DNA of 64,000 nt from the sequence record MN871441.1. The stretch is one strand, 5' to 3'. Shown here in pieces: positions 1 to 11,746 of this stretch (its first letter is position 1; the number at the start of each line of letters is the position of its first letter). A model generated the notes under the pieces. That model had not been told where the DNA came from and ran no database searches. It saw only the letters and a list, made by a program, of their open reading frames with translations. The translations under genes and the position numbers were made by a program.

Positions 1-259
1 CATAAGCGTGTGCACTACCAAAGGACTTTTCGTCAAATTTATGGATTTTTCTGATAAGGATCTCTTGTGCTTCGAGGACAAGGTTTTCTTTCCATATCGG
101 GGTCATTCGTCTAAATCTATAATANTCTGTACATCCTTGTACAATATTCATTATTGCTTCNCCGAGAGAATCAGACATTTTTTTCGTNGGGTCTTCTCGG
201 TCTTTTTTCCACTGAACTATATCAGCAATCAGTTTTTGATTATCTACGTATACAGCCAT
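1..259 (-). CDS. gp55: Late-transcription sigma factor gp55, N-terminal part (runs off the window edge; absent from the ORF track)
   Basis: My translation from ATG 259: MAVYVDNQKLIADIVQWKKDREDPTKKMSDSLGEAIMNIVQGCTXYYRFRRMTPIWKENLVLEAQEILIRKIHKFDEKSFGSAHAY. Colinear with T4 gp55 (YVNNKELL..IIDWK..IGLAIMLIAEG..WKQEM..HNFDE..NPHAY). Confidence 0.9.
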   Translation of the reverse strand, partial: MAVYVDNQKLIADIVQWKKDREDXTKKMSDSLXEAIMNIVQGCTXYYRFRRMTPIWKENLVLEAQEILIRKIHKFDEKSFGSAHAY

Positions 260-285
260 TATTACACCTCATCGTTTTATGATTT

Positions 286-296
286 ATTATAACACA
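286..296 (-). promoter_or_regulatory. Extended -10 promoter (TGTGTTATAAT) upstream of gp55
   Basis: Reverse complement of 286-296; no clear -35 hexamer. Confidence 0.5.
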
Positions 297-311
297 CAGT
301 ATGCATGTTTT

Positions 312-1688
<1,377 letters not shown>

Positions 1689-1708
<20 letters not shown>

Positions 1709-1964
1709 TATCAACTCCAAAAGACTCCGCGCCATATACCTCAAGAATGTACCCAACCGCAATTTCGCGTAACTTGTTCTTGTGGATATTTCCAATATGT
1801 GCAGTTTCTTTTGCCATGAAGTTAACAATAACGTCTAGGAATTTTTCAGTAACAATATTTTTATTTTCGATCCGAACTTCTACGCTCTCAATAATGTGTC
1901 GCTTGCACAAGTTCTGGATACTAATATAATTTTCACGAGTCAATTTCATTTTGCTTTCCATCAT
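1689..1964 (-). CDS. Probable T4 gp55.2-like protein
   Basis: FLDVIVNFMAKE..KLREIAVGYILEVY resembles the 55.2 family as I recall it; the position between gp55 and nrdH fits. Confidence 0.45.
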
Positions 1965-2538
1965 GCTTATTTTTTATGTTCTTTTCAACAAGATTCCAAT
2001 AACGATACCCAAGTTTCCTGAGAGACTTGTCATAGTCTTCTTGTGAAGATTTATTACCATGGAGACGCTTGGCGTCTTTAATTACCCTAAATTGATATTT
2101 TTGATTGTGTCTATTGACAGTTTCTATATACATCAATCCGGCAAATGTAGGTATTTCTTCTGGGGTTATCAATCCATGTGGAACAATATACCAGAAATAG
2201 TTGAGAAGTCTACCTTTTTCTAGTGCTTCATATTTGGTCATCTCTTCAAGGTCGGCTTTGTATCTTCTACCGTTATCTCTCTCAGGCCAAATTTTAACCA
2301 TTTTCTTGGCGTCGTTCTTGAAATCGGCTCTACTGATCTTGATCTCAAACTCATCCCGAAACCCGCTTTTCCTAAAGGCCAACAAATCAGCTTCTAGGTC
2401 ATGGGTGTAAAAGCAGTTTGGTACTATCAGGTCATACTTCTTCTGCATTGGAAAATACGTACCAAAATACCCTTGTATATCACTTTCGGTCAGTTTCTCT
2501 TTTACTTCCCAGTCTTGTTCTTTTCTAATGATCGCCAT
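1933..2538 (-). CDS. PD-(D/E)XK nuclease, MmcB/DUF1052-like
   Basis: Motif EADLLAF...EFEIKISRADFKND...YFWYIVP. Confidence 0.65.
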   Translation of the reverse strand: MAIIRKEQDWEVKEKLTESDIQGYFGTYFPMQKKYDLIVPNCFYTHDLEADLLAFRKSGFRDEFEIKISRADFKNDAKKMVKIWPERDNGRRYKADLEEMTKYEALEKGRLLNYFWYIVPHGLITPEEIPTFAGLMYIETVNRHNQKYQFRVIKDAKRLHGNKSSQEDYDKSLRKLGYRYWNLVEKNIKNKHDGKQNEIDS

Positions 2539-2806
2539 ATAAGTCCCTTAATTGTTTCAGAGACCCAATATATCGACCATCAACAAATATTCTAGGAAAT
2601 GATGTAGGACGATATGGAAGATTTGCTCTGGTTTTTATTTCATCAAATTTTTCGATTATATAATCAAATCCCAAACTATTATTAGATTTAGAAAGAACGG
2701 GTATGAGTTCATATTCATACCCGTTTTCAATACAAAATCTAATAGAGTCGATACAACCGGCGCATTTTGCAATATCTTCCGGAACTCCATAGATTTCAAC
2801 AAACAT
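2525..2806 (-). CDS. nrdH: Glutaredoxin-like NrdH
   Basis: EIYGVPEDIAKCAGC (CxxC) ... FPRIFVDG; resembles T4 NrdH (EVYGIPDEVGRCPGC). Confidence 0.85.
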   Translation of the reverse strand: MFVEIYGVPEDIAKCAGCIDSIRFCIENGYEYELIPVLSKSNNSLGFDYIIEKFDEIKTRANLPYRPTSFPRIFVDGRYIGSLKQLRDLYGDH

Positions 2807-3030
2807 TACAACTCACCTCTCATAGCAAACCCGTTTCGCAATGCAGAATGCCAAGAGACTAGCCTAGGAATATCCTCATTAGATGGATAGTTTTCATTCA
2901 TATGATGGATAATCAATTCTAACGTATTCAGATCAATGAGTCTGAATTTGCGACCATAAAAGAAAGAAAACACACTGTCATATGTCAGTTTAGAGTAATT
3001 CAGGTTTGGTAGAATGATATCAGAATTCAT
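2806..3030 (-). CDS. Hypothetical protein (74 aa)
   Basis: ORF overlapping both nrdC and nrdH, consistent with translational coupling. Confidence 0.6.
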   Translation of the reverse strand: MNSDIILPNLNYSKLTYDSVFSFFYGRKFRLIDLNTLELIIHHMNENYPSNEDIPRLVSWHSALRNGFAMRGEL

Positions 3031-3289
3031 AATTTCTCAACTCATCAAAGCCACCAATAAGAACATCACCAATGAAAATTTGTGGCATGGTGAAACCTGT
3101 AATTTCAAGACCAAGTGCTTTACGACGTTCCCCGAGTTCCTTCTTATTGGAACGAGATTCTTCTGATGTACCGGTTTTTAGAATTGGTTTGAAAACGTAA
3201 TCAAGCTTTTTCGTATCTGCAAATTTTTTCGCTTTGATGCACGGGACACATTTGTAATTATCAGGGTCGAAACCAAAAATGGTAATCAT
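3020..3289 (-). CDS. nrdC: Phage thioredoxin/glutaredoxin NrdC
   Basis: MITIFGFDPDNYKCVPC...TMPQIF..IGGFDELR matches T4 NrdC; likely start ATG 3289. Confidence 0.92.
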   Translation of the reverse strand: MITIFGFDPDNYKCVPCIKAKKFADTKKLDYVFKPILKTGTSEESRSNKKELGERRKALGLEITGFTMPQIFIGDVLIGGFDELRNYEF

Positions 3290-3290
3290 T

Positions 3291-3764
3291 TTATTTTTCC
3301 TTATTGAGTAGATGTATAATTTGATTAGACGAACCTCGCCATTTAAGGTCTGGGTCTTTCTTATCTTCTTCAAATTTCCCATCGATTAGTACGTCTATGA
3401 ATCTGATTATACCACACATGGATACATCTTTTGAGATTTCATCTTTTGTATACCCTGTCCACATCCAGATCGTTTTTTCGGGGTATTTATCTTTGAACCA
3501 AGCAACGAATCTAAGAACCCCACCACGATTCTTGTGAAATAAAGGATCCCCACCCAGCAAGGAAATACCATCCCGCTTTATAATTGGGTCGTTCATGTCA
3601 TTGTCAACTAGTTTATAAATGTCAATGTCAGACCCATTATCATAATTCCAAGTGTTTTTTGAGAAGCAACCTTTACACATATGGTCGCAACCAGAGAACC
3701 AAATTGAAGAACGGGTTCCAAACCCGTTCACCACATCAACTGACTTATAGTCAATAATTTTCAT
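3291..3764 (-). CDS. nrdG: Anaerobic RNR activase (radical SAM)
   Basis: DVVNGFGTR..FSGCDHMCKGCF (CxxxCxxC), LGGDPL, WRGSSNQ. Confidence 0.96.
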   Translation of the reverse strand: MKIIDYKSVDVVNGFGTRSSIWFSGCDHMCKGCFSKNTWNYDNGSDIDIYKLVDNDMNDPIIKRDGISLLGGDPLFHKNRGGVLRFVAWFKDKYPEKTIWMWTGYTKDEISKDVSMCGIIRFIDVLIDGKFEEDKKDPDLKWRGSSNQIIHLLNKEK

Positions 3765-5590
3765 AGATGTTTTACCCTTCTGATGGATTCTTTATGTTTA
3801 CCTTCGTTCAACGGACGTTTTTCTACATCACCAAGATATCCACAAACTCTACGCTTAACATCCAATTTACTACCGTCGTGGTTTCCACATGATGGACATT
3901 CATAACCCTTGGAGGTAGGAACCATTTCCCCATGATAGCCACATTCAAAACACTGGTCGATTGGGGTATTTGTCCCATAATACGGGGTATTTTGATACGC
4001 AAAATCCCAAACATCTTCAAGTGCCTTTAAGTTATTTTTCATATTTGGGAATTCACCATATGAAATAAAGCCACCTTTCGAATATGTAATGAAATCTCGT
4101 TCAAACAGGATCTTGTGGTATGGGTCTGTTTTATACTCAACGTCAAGATGGAAACTATTCGTGTAATATCCTTTTTCATGAACCATATGAGGATATTTCG
4201 TTTCGTCGATATCAACGAAACGCTTACAAAGAGATTCGGAAGGTGTTCCATATAATGAAAATGCAAAGCCCGTTTCATCTGTCCACCGGTCTGTTATATA
4301 TTTCATCTTTCGAAGAATAGAAATACAAAATTCTTTCTTTTCTTCGTTTCCGAAAATATGAGAATCATCATTGAATTTCACAATTTCACTTACTTCATGC
4401 AAACCAATATACCCACAGGAAACGGAAGAACGCCCGTTTTGGAAAAGAGGATATATCTCATCATTTGCGTTTAAACGAGCTACAGCACCATTCATATACA
4501 ATATGGGGGCACACGATGCTTTAACACCTTTAAATCTCTCTATACGCGATACAAGAGCTTTCTTCACCAATTCCATTCGTTCCTCAAGAAGGGCAAAGAA
4601 CAATTTCTTATCTCCACCAACTTCTAGGGCGATCCTAGGGAGGTTCAGCGTTACAACTCCAAGATTTTGACGACCATTATATTCATATTCACCATGCTCG
4701 TTTTTCCATGGGTTTAGGTAGCTTCTACATCCCATAGGGGAGACCAGTCCACCAGTAACCTTTACAACTTGGTCATAACTGATGATATCCGGATACATCC
4801 TTTTTGAGGAACATAGTAAGGCTTTCAGCTTGACGTCATAGAAAGGATCCGATGGCTTAAGATTATGACCATCTTTAAGGATGAATACCAGCTTTGGAAA
4901 TACAGGAGTTTCATTATCGGAACCAAGACCATCGATTCTAACTTGTAGAATTGTTTCTTGGATCAATTTTGCTTCTGGGGTATCCCCCAATCCGAAAGAC
5001 AATGTGGTAAACGGGGTTTGACCCTGTGAAGTACTTAATGAATTAATCTGATATTCCAGTGTTTGGATCGCATCATATACAATCTTTCTGATTTTATTTT
5101 CTACGTAGGAATGTTTGTCTGGGATTTTATAATAATCAGCTTCGTTACAAAGTTTGTCATAATCCATTTTCACATATTCAGCTAAGAGAATATCAATATC
5201 CGCGACAGTATTGCCACCGTATATGTGATTAGCAACAGAGCATATGATCTGAGAAATGAGGGTAGTTGCTGTTTTAATGTTCTTAGGTTTACTGATCTTA
5301 GCACTAGACATAGTGAACCCTTTATCGAACATATCCTTTACGTTGATCAACATACAATTGAAGAACGGTAGGAGAGGACTATATCCGAGATCATGATAGT
5401 GGATGATACCTTCATTGTGTGCTTCCAGAACATCAACCGGAATAAATTCTTTTGCAAATTCTTTACTAACAGCAGAAGCAAGCGCATCTCTCTTCGTCAC
5501 GAATATTTTCAGGTCCTTATTTGCGTTTTCTTTAGCCAAACCAGACGAAGAATCGTGAACAATTTCCATTACTTCTTTATAAAGATTCAT
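3761..5590 (-). CDS. nrdD: Class III anaerobic ribonucleotide reductase
   Basis: KENANKD, HYHDL, MGCRS, NLGVVTLNLPR, C-terminal Zn site and glycyl-radical motif RVCGYLG; no intron seen. Confidence 0.97.
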   Translation of the reverse strand: MNLYKEVMEIVHDSSSGLAKENANKDLKIFVTKRDALASAVSKEFAKEFIPVDVLEAHNEGIIHYHDLGYSPLLPFFNCMLINVKDMFDKGFTMSSAKISKPKNIKTATTLISQIICSVANHIYGGNTVADIDILLAEYVKMDYDKLCNEADYYKIPDKHSYVENKIRKIVYDAIQTLEYQINSLSTSQGQTPFTTLSFGLGDTPEAKLIQETILQVRIDGLGSDNETPVFPKLVFILKDGHNLKPSDPFYDVKLKALLCSSKRMYPDIISYDQVVKVTGGLVSPMGCRSYLNPWKNEHGEYEYNGRQNLGVVTLNLPRIALEVGGDKKLFFALLEERMELVKKALVSRIERFKGVKASCAPILYMNGAVARLNANDEIYPLFQNGRSSVSCGYIGLHEVSEIVKFNDDSHIFGNEEKKEFCISILRKMKYITDRWTDETGFAFSLYGTPSESLCKRFVDIDETKYPHMVHEKGYYTNSFHLDVEYKTDPYHKILFERDFITYSKGGFISYGEFPNMKNNLKALEDVWDFAYQNTPYYGTNTPIDQCFECGYHGEMVPTSKGYECPSCGNHDGSKLDVKRRVCGYLGDVEKRPLNEGKHKESIRRVKHL

Positions 5591-5618
5591 TTTACATACC
5601 TTTTCTTTTAAAAACAAG

Positions 5619-5643
5619 AAAGGGAACCAAATCGGTTCCCTTT
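5619..5643 (-). terminator. Intrinsic terminator hairpin after nrdB
   Basis: aaagggaacc-aaatc-ggttcccttt inverted repeat. Confidence 0.75.
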
Positions 5644-5650
5644 CATCTAT

Positions 5651-6778
5651 TTATACATCAAGAGAAGCCAGTTTCTCTTTGCTCAAGTCAGCAACAACCG
5701 CAGACAGATATTCAGACACTTCCACCTCTTGGGGGGCAACCTGAACAGATTCAGAGTTCAGCCACTTAGTTACCCATGGCAGAGGGTTCTTTCTCTTCGC
5801 ATACGAACTAGGGAGACCCGCCGCCCGCATTCGGTTATCAGAAAGATACTCGATATAATCGCACAGATTTTTAGCAGTAAGACCATTAAGAGCCTTATCA
5901 CCAAAAAGGTAATTAGCCCATTCTTTTTCTTGATCTACCACATCTTCAAAAATCTTAACAGCAATAGGTTCAAGCCGTTTCGCGATTTCTACCATCTCTG
6001 GGTCGTCTTTACCGCTTTGCCAGCGATGTAGGATAGTCTGGGTTGCCTTAAGGTGTACTGCTTCGTCACGGGCGATTAGACGCATGATCTTGGCACTACC
6101 TTCCATCATCCCAGTGAATTCTGGGAAAGAGAAGTTACAGACAAAACTAACATAGAACCGAATGGCTTCAAGTGCGTTAATTGTATGAACACACAAATAA
6201 AGGGCTTCTTTAAGTTTAGTCAGTTGTAGCTTTTGCAGACCATCATCCATATTCATTATACGCATTGCAGTGAGCATATCGGATTCTTTTATAACATCGT
6301 CGTAATACTTGGTAATAGACTCAGCACGTTTCATGATTTGAGGGGTCAACATAACACCATCAAAAACAACGGTTGGGTCTGTATAAACGGCACGAACGAT
6401 ATGGGTATATGAATCGCTATGAAGGTTACCTTCTGTCATTGTCCAAGCGGTAATGAAGTTCTCTAGTGTAACATCACTAACGTGAGGAAGCAATACCAAA
6501 TTAGGCCCACGACCTTGGATTGAGTCTAGTAGGGATTGAACAAACAGGTTCTGAGTGAAAACATGTTTGGCATGGTCAGATAATTGCTGAAACTCAATAG
6601 TATCTTTACTAAGATCTACCTCAGTAGGTCGCCAGAACAGGCTTAATTGACGATCCATCAACTCATAGAAAGTTCTGGTGTTCATGGTATCAAATCGTTG
6701 TACGTTTGGAGACTCACCGAAGAACATATATTGTTTTGTGTGGTCGATAATTTCTTTATTGAAAACAGTTGAACTCAT
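5651..6778 (-). CDS. nrdB: Class Ia RNR beta subunit
   Basis: FWRPTEV, LLDSIQGR, EAIRFYVSF, IARDEAVH, C-terminal VAPQEVE; uninterrupted. Confidence 0.97.
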   Translation of the reverse strand: MSSTVFNKEIIDHTKQYMFFGESPNVQRFDTMNTRTFYELMDRQLSLFWRPTEVDLSKDTIEFQQLSDHAKHVFTQNLFVQSLLDSIQGRGPNLVLLPHVSDVTLENFITAWTMTEGNLHSDSYTHIVRAVYTDPTVVFDGVMLTPQIMKRAESITKYYDDVIKESDMLTAMRIMNMDDGLQKLQLTKLKEALYLCVHTINALEAIRFYVSFVCNFSFPEFTGMMEGSAKIMRLIARDEAVHLKATQTILHRWQSGKDDPEMVEIAKRLEPIAVKIFEDVVDQEKEWANYLFGDKALNGLTAKNLCDYIEYLSDNRMRAAGLPSSYAKRKNPLPWVTKWLNSESVQVAPQEVEVSEYLSAVVADLSKEKLASLDV

Positions 6779-6794
6779 TTTTAAATCCTTGGAG

Positions 6795-6812
6795 AAAAGG
6801 GGCTTTCGCCCC
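6795..6812 (-). terminator. Terminator between nrdA and nrdB
   Basis: Minus strand GGGGC-GAAA-GCCCC-TTTT. Confidence 0.75.
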
Positions 6813-6820
6813 TACGAAAA

Positions 6821-8972
6821 TTAAATACTGCAACCAGCACAATCAGCTTCTTTGGTTACTTCAATCCCTTCTTCACTACCATCACGAGTATTATGATAGT
6901 AAAGGGATTTCATTCCATACTTATTAGCAAAGACAACATCACGAAGAATAACGTGAATAGGGAGTTTGTTGTCTTCATAATTTGATGGGATATAACTAGT
7001 GTTCGCACTAATACCTTGGTCGAAGAATTTTTGGATGACAGCACATATAGACAGATAACCAGTCATCCCACCGCGATTAACCATTTTCCACAGAGGTTCA
7101 TATTCATCAGCAAGGAATTCTACATCTGGAACAACCTGATTAAACGAACCGTCTTTAGAAGCTTTTACGCTCACCAGAGAGCGCACCGGTTCGATACCAT
7201 TAGTTGCATTTAGGAGCTGTGAACTACTCTCAGCAGGCATTTGTGCAGTTACGGTATCATTACGAAGACCATACATTCGGATTTGACCACGCAACCATTC
7301 CCAATCTTGTTTTAGATCATTTGGGGTTAGGTCATCCACATTCTTGTTATACCAATCGATGGGAAGCAAACCATCAGCCCACTTGGTCCGATCATGCCAT
7401 TCACTACGACCTCGCTCTTTAGCAAGTTCCAATAGACGCTTGAAGCAAGGAGAACTGCATAGCCTCAATATGTTCGTGTACCAACGAAAGCGCAGCTTTG
7501 TCGTTGATACCACACCAACACCAAGAGCACGACGTTTTTTTGCAGCAAGAGCTTGTTTTACTGGATAATCTTGATAGTCCAACAGATTATCGAGAGAACG
7601 AACGACTAAGACGCTTGAAGCAAGGAGAACTGCATAGCCTCAATATGTTCGTGTACCAACGAAAGCGCAGCTTTGTCNTCTGTCGATTCAATCATACCCA
7701 AGTTAATAGCAGAGAGGGTACANAGTGCNATNTCTTCCTGATTTGTTCCCATAGCATAAGTTGGTAAGAAAATCTCTTGACAAAGATTTGACATTTTGAT
7801 CTTTTCTTTGTACGGGGTCTGTTTATTCATGTTATCAACAAACAAGCAATAGATCCGACCAGTACCAGCTCGTTCTGTCGCAAATGCAGTAAACAATTCA
7901 GATGCTTTAATACGCTTCTTGCGTATAACGTGGTTCATCTCAAGTGATGCATAACGTTTCCTAAATTTGGTATCATCTGCATCATAGAAGTCTTCATACA
8001 ACCGACCGCAATCAACGTCAGGGCTGAATAGGGTGATATACCCATCATCACGCAATCTCTCTAGAAACAGCTTGTTGATATGCACACTGTAATCAAGACC
8101 CCGGATCCGGGTTTCATCAGTACCCTTGTTATTCTTCAATACAAGCAGTTTCTCAACCTCCAAATGCCACATAGGGTAATTCAGAGTAGCAGAGCCACCA
8201 CGTAGAGCACCTTGTGAACAGCTCTTAACCGCAGTATGGAAGTGCTTGTAGAATGGGATTACGCCGGTATGGGTTGCTTCACCGTTACGAATGGGTGAAC
8301 CCTCGGCACGAATAGCACCAGCATTAATACCAATACCAGCACGTTGACTGATATAGCTAATAATAGATGCGGACGTATCGTTAATAGATTTCAGAGAATC
8401 ACCAGATTCAATTTTCACACAAGAACTAAATTGGCGAGTTGGGGTTCGGGCACCACCCAAAATAGGGGTTGGGATTGAAATCTTAAATAGAGAAGCCGCA
8501 TTATAATAGTTGATTACGTGTTGAAGTCGGTTTTCTTTTTCACTCTGATGCAGTGCCATAGCAATTCCCATATAAAGGAATTGGGGAGTTTCGTACATCT
8601 CCTTGGTTACTCGATTTCGAACCAAGTATTTTTCTTTTAACTGCATTGCACCGGCATATGTGAAATTCATATCTCGGGAATGGTCAATATGAAGATTGAG
8701 ATATTCAATATCTGCTGGGGAATATTGTTTCAGAAGGTCTTTATCATAAAATCCAAGATCAACCAGTTTAGAAATATGGTCATACAATGAAATTGGGTCG
8801 AATTGTCCATATACATCCTTACGAAGGGTGTACATAGTTAAACGACCTGCCACATATTGATAATCCGGTTCTTCAACGGAAATCATATTTGTTGCAGCTT
8901 TAATAACTTGCTTTTGGATACCTTGCTAAATTCTTCGGTAATACCGCTCGATTTTACAACTTTACTGATCAT
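6821..8972 (-). CDS. nrdA: Class Ia RNR alpha subunit (broken in this sequence by an ATP-cone deletion, a misplaced 69-bp duplicate and frameshifts)
   Basis: Start MISKVVKSSG at 8972; SVEEPDYQYVA, TPTRQFSSC, SQGALRGG, SNLCQEI, LCTLSA, LDNLLDYQDYP, PAESSSQ..NGIEP; C-terminus CAGCSI. Confidence 0.95.
7434..7677. repeat. 69-bp direct duplicate inside nrdA (7434-7502 = 7609-7677), likely an assembly artefact
   Basis: Identical copies encoding DKAALSLVHEHIEAMQFSLLQAS; only the copy after GVGV is in the T4-colinear position. Confidence 0.85.
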
Positions 8973-9001
8973 CAATTTATCTCTTCCTTTGTTTTTCCAT
9001 T

Positions 9002-9022
9002 ATTATACCATTTCCCTAAATA
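9002..9022. promoter_or_regulatory. Back-to-back promoters: nrdA extended -10 (TGGTATAAT, minus) and late CCTAAATA (plus, 9015-9022)
   Basis: Both motifs read directly in the intergenic gap between nrdA and the endonuclease. Confidence 0.65.
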
Positions 9023-9047
9023 CTTTTAGATATTAGAGGAAATTGAA

Positions 9048-9950
9048 ATGGAAAAAATTAACTATGGTCACTGGGTAACTGACGAGCAGTTTGACCCAAA
9101 AACGGTTCTTGGTTTTGTGTATATGATTACGTTCTCCAATGGTAAAAAATACATTGGAGCGAAACGGGTTTGGAAAAACCTAAAACGCCCGCCATCCACA
9201 TACAAGAGGCAGGGTAAAACAGAATTTATTGAATCTGATTGGCGCTCGTATAGGTCCAGTTCAAACGAAGTGGTTGAACTGGAAACCAGAGGTATAGAGA
9301 TCTCAGAGATGAGGATCCTCGCCACCTATGATTCTTGGGGTAAAGTACTTCTTTTAGAATGTATGCTCCAATTCTCGCTCAATGCGTTAACCTCCGATAT
9401 ATACCTAAACAAGCAAATTGAAGGCATGTTTACGGGGGCATGTTTTGATAAAAAGGTATACGATGACGTTGCTCGTCTCGTTGCGATTGAGCAATATGAT
9501 GAGTCTATCCCACAGGTAATTGTTTACCGTGGTGGAGACCGGAGTGTTATATGTGACAAACAATCAGCAAAAGAATACATCAAAGCTGGTTGGTCTGTTG
9601 CGTCTTTACCAGAAAAATATCATCGTAAAAGTATCCCAATGGTTCCCTATACAATCAAATGTAAGGAAACTGGAACTGAATATACCATCAGTGATTTCAA
9701 AACTCAATACGAAGTTTCAAAAAAACTTGAATGTGTTGCAGGGGATCTTAGTCGGCTTCGCTCTGGTGAAATTCTGAACATAGGTTCNTACACCATGAAG
9801 ATTCAACGGGAACCCCAACGTTGGGTAAAAGACGGAGTTTCATACTACAGTACAGCAGAGTTGAAATCCGCAAAGGTTGACAAATCCGAGTGTGAACACT
9901 TCCCAGCAGAAGACCGGGAAGCTTACCGGATTAGATTGTCTAAGGCTTAA
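9048..9950 (+). CDS. GIY-YIG family endonuclease (Seg-like, free-standing) with a C-terminal extension
   Basis: GFVYMITFSNGKKYIGAK...ESDWRSYRSSS...E..Q...YLN; preceded by a late promoter and SD GAGG. Confidence 0.75.
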   Translation: MEKINYGHWVTDEQFDPKTVLGFVYMITFSNGKKYIGAKRVWKNLKRPPSTYKRQGKTEFIESDWRSYRSSSNEVVELETRGIEISEMRILATYDSWGKVLLLECMLQFSLNALTSDIYLNKQIEGMFTGACFDKKVYDDVARLVAIEQYDESIPQVIVYRGGDRSVICDKQSAKEYIKAGWSVASLPEKYHRKSIPMVPYTIKCKETGTEYTISDFKTQYEVSKKLECVAGDLSRLRSGEILNIGXYTMKIQREPQRWVKDGVSYYSTAELKSAKVDKSECEHFPAEDREAYRIRLSKA

Positions 9951-10122
9951 TAAAGCGATGCCAAGACAGCGAAAGCCCATTCAACATAGAGATATGATAG
10001 AGATGGGTTTTTGTCAAAGGGGAACGGGATCAGTGGGATTGTTACTGAAAAAGTTTTACTGTTCATCAAAAATTATCCTTATGGTTAGTTGATTACTAGA
10101 TAGTACTACATCCAAAACAGAA

Positions 10123-10185
<63 letters not shown>

Positions 10186-10196
10186 TCCATAGACAC

Positions 10197-10228
10197 GAAA
10201 AGCCTACCCAAAACAGGGTAGGCTTTTC
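10197..10228. terminator. Terminator after the tail-fibre operon (bidirectional-type)
   Basis: gaaaagcctaccc-aaaaca-gggtaggcttttc. Confidence 0.85.
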
Positions 10229-10231
10229 ATT

Positions 10232-11746
10232 TTATACCTTTTTCCAATTAACTGTCTGTAGTTTTACACCTACCAGACCAATTGGTCTTATGTCAATAAC
10301 TTTATATTGACTAGATGGCTCTAACCAGTTATCTACATCAATATCTTTCGATATAACATAGTTATCAGTTCCTATATATGCATATTTAGTTTGCAATATA
10401 CCACCAATTTTTAAGGTTACTTCTAGCTGAGAATATGGTGTAACTTTTCCTTCAAACTCAATGACCATACTATGAGTTGAACCACCACTAACAATTTTAG
10501 ATATCCTATTATTGTATATATAGATATCATCCTTCAACCTACCGTTCCCTGCTACATCACCCAGCACAGAATCCCATCCAACAACCCCACCACCAGTTTT
10601 AAGAAGAACAGAGCGTAGCTTCTTTCTGAATGTCAGAGTATTTTGAATAACATCGTTTTCTGGGATTATATATCCATTGTCAACTAAGTTATAAACTCGT
10701 GAGCTAGATACGGTATTTGTTGATTCTATCATATCAATTTGTTTGATGATACAGGATGAATTCCTCATACACATATCAGAAGATATCCCATCAACATGAT
10801 TATATGTTGAATTGCTAATAACAGAGTTTGTTCTGATATATAGGTCTGGAAAATTGTATTGAATGTCAATATCAAATTCCTTACCAACAGTCATACCATG
10901 GTTAATGGTAATATTGCTTATATTAGAACCACGGTTTTTGACAACAAACTGTAAAGTGGTTGACGATAAAGTGATGAATATACCATGGGTTTTATCCGTA
11001 TTATCTAGATAATAACCACTAGAGAAATTATCACCAACGAATCTCAGTCTCCATGAATCTTTTTGTGGTAACCACGCCGGTAATATATTTAGGTAATTGT
11101 TATTTGATAGGTTTGGAACCCAAGAACTCATTGTATTCCCGATCATTTGAGGTTCTTCAAATGTATTAAAGAAATACGAAGCCCCTGCTACGTTATAGCC
11201 AAAAAAAAAAAAAAAAAAAAAAAAACTTGCATTTGGTACACAGATATACAGACCCGAATCATGAGACGATTCTGTGTGGTTATGATAAATAACACCTTTA
11301 AATCTACCGTATGGTAAAGATTTTAGAATCTGACCGACACCAACTGTTGTCCCATATACATCTTTAAGAAATAATGGTCTTGGACAATCGATATCATATT
11401 CTATTCTGTATCTTCCCTTTGCTGGCAAGTTAAGATGATATGTCATCCCACCTTCTGATACATCTTTCACAAATTTAAATCGGTTGTTGCTAACCACACT
11501 AATCGGTGAGTTTAGTTCATCCGACATTTTCCATTTAGACAGATCAACGGTATCATATACCAATACACCAGCATTATTCTGATCTTCTATACCCGTGGAG
11601 TAGTAGTTAAATCTAGATTCCTGCGTGTTTATATATGCTCTGGAATCATTATCCCCGACAATATTAATGTCCCATATTTGACCATTCAAACATTCAGTTT
11701 TTGAATATCTACCACCAATATTTCTGATTATTAGAACTTCTTCCAT
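10232..11746 (-). CDS. Beta-rich lectin/LamG-like tail-fibre-associated protein; probably the frameshifted C-terminal half of extended gp35
   Basis: Overlaps the gp35 ORF end; the beta-sandwich-like unit seems to continue across the junction (YLLDG..NGQIWDINI); poly-A fill at 11201-11225. Confidence 0.55.
   Translation of the reverse strand: MEEVLIIRNIGGRYSKTECLNGQIWDINIVGDNDSRAYINTQESRFNYYSTGIEDQNNAGVLVYDTVDLSKWKMSDELNSPISVVSNNRFKFVKDVSEGGMTYHLNLPAKGRYRIEYDIDCPRPLFLKDVYGTTVGVGQILKSLPYGRFKGVIYHNHTESSHDSGLYICVPNASFFFFFFFFGYNVAGASYFFNTFEEPQMIGNTMSSWVPNLSNNNYLNILPAWLPQKDSWRLRFVGDNFSSGYYLDNTDKTHGIFITLSSTTLQFVVKNRGSNISNITINHGMTVGKEFDIDIQYNFPDLYIRTNSVISNSTYNHVDGISSDMCMRNSSCIIKQIDMIESTNTVSSSRVYNLVDNGYIIPENDVIQNTLTFRKKLRSVLLKTGGGVVGWDSVLGDVAGNGRLKDDIYIYNNRISKIVSGGSTHSMVIEFEGKVTPYSQLEVTLKIGGILQTKYAYIGTDNYVISKDIDVDNWLEPSSQYKVIDIRPIGLVGVKLQTVNWKKV

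Noticed and set aside
8-292. Plus-strand 94-aa ORF from the track
   Set aside because: It is the antisense shadow of gp55, which the track missed because gp55 lacks a stop inside the window.
6821-8972. nrdA as a pseudogene, split gene, or intron/intein host; natural loss of the ATP cone
   Set aside because: The breaks are a frameshifting deletion, a misplaced 69-bp duplicate and a 1-nt insertion, the same error types seen genome-wide. No intron or intein signatures.
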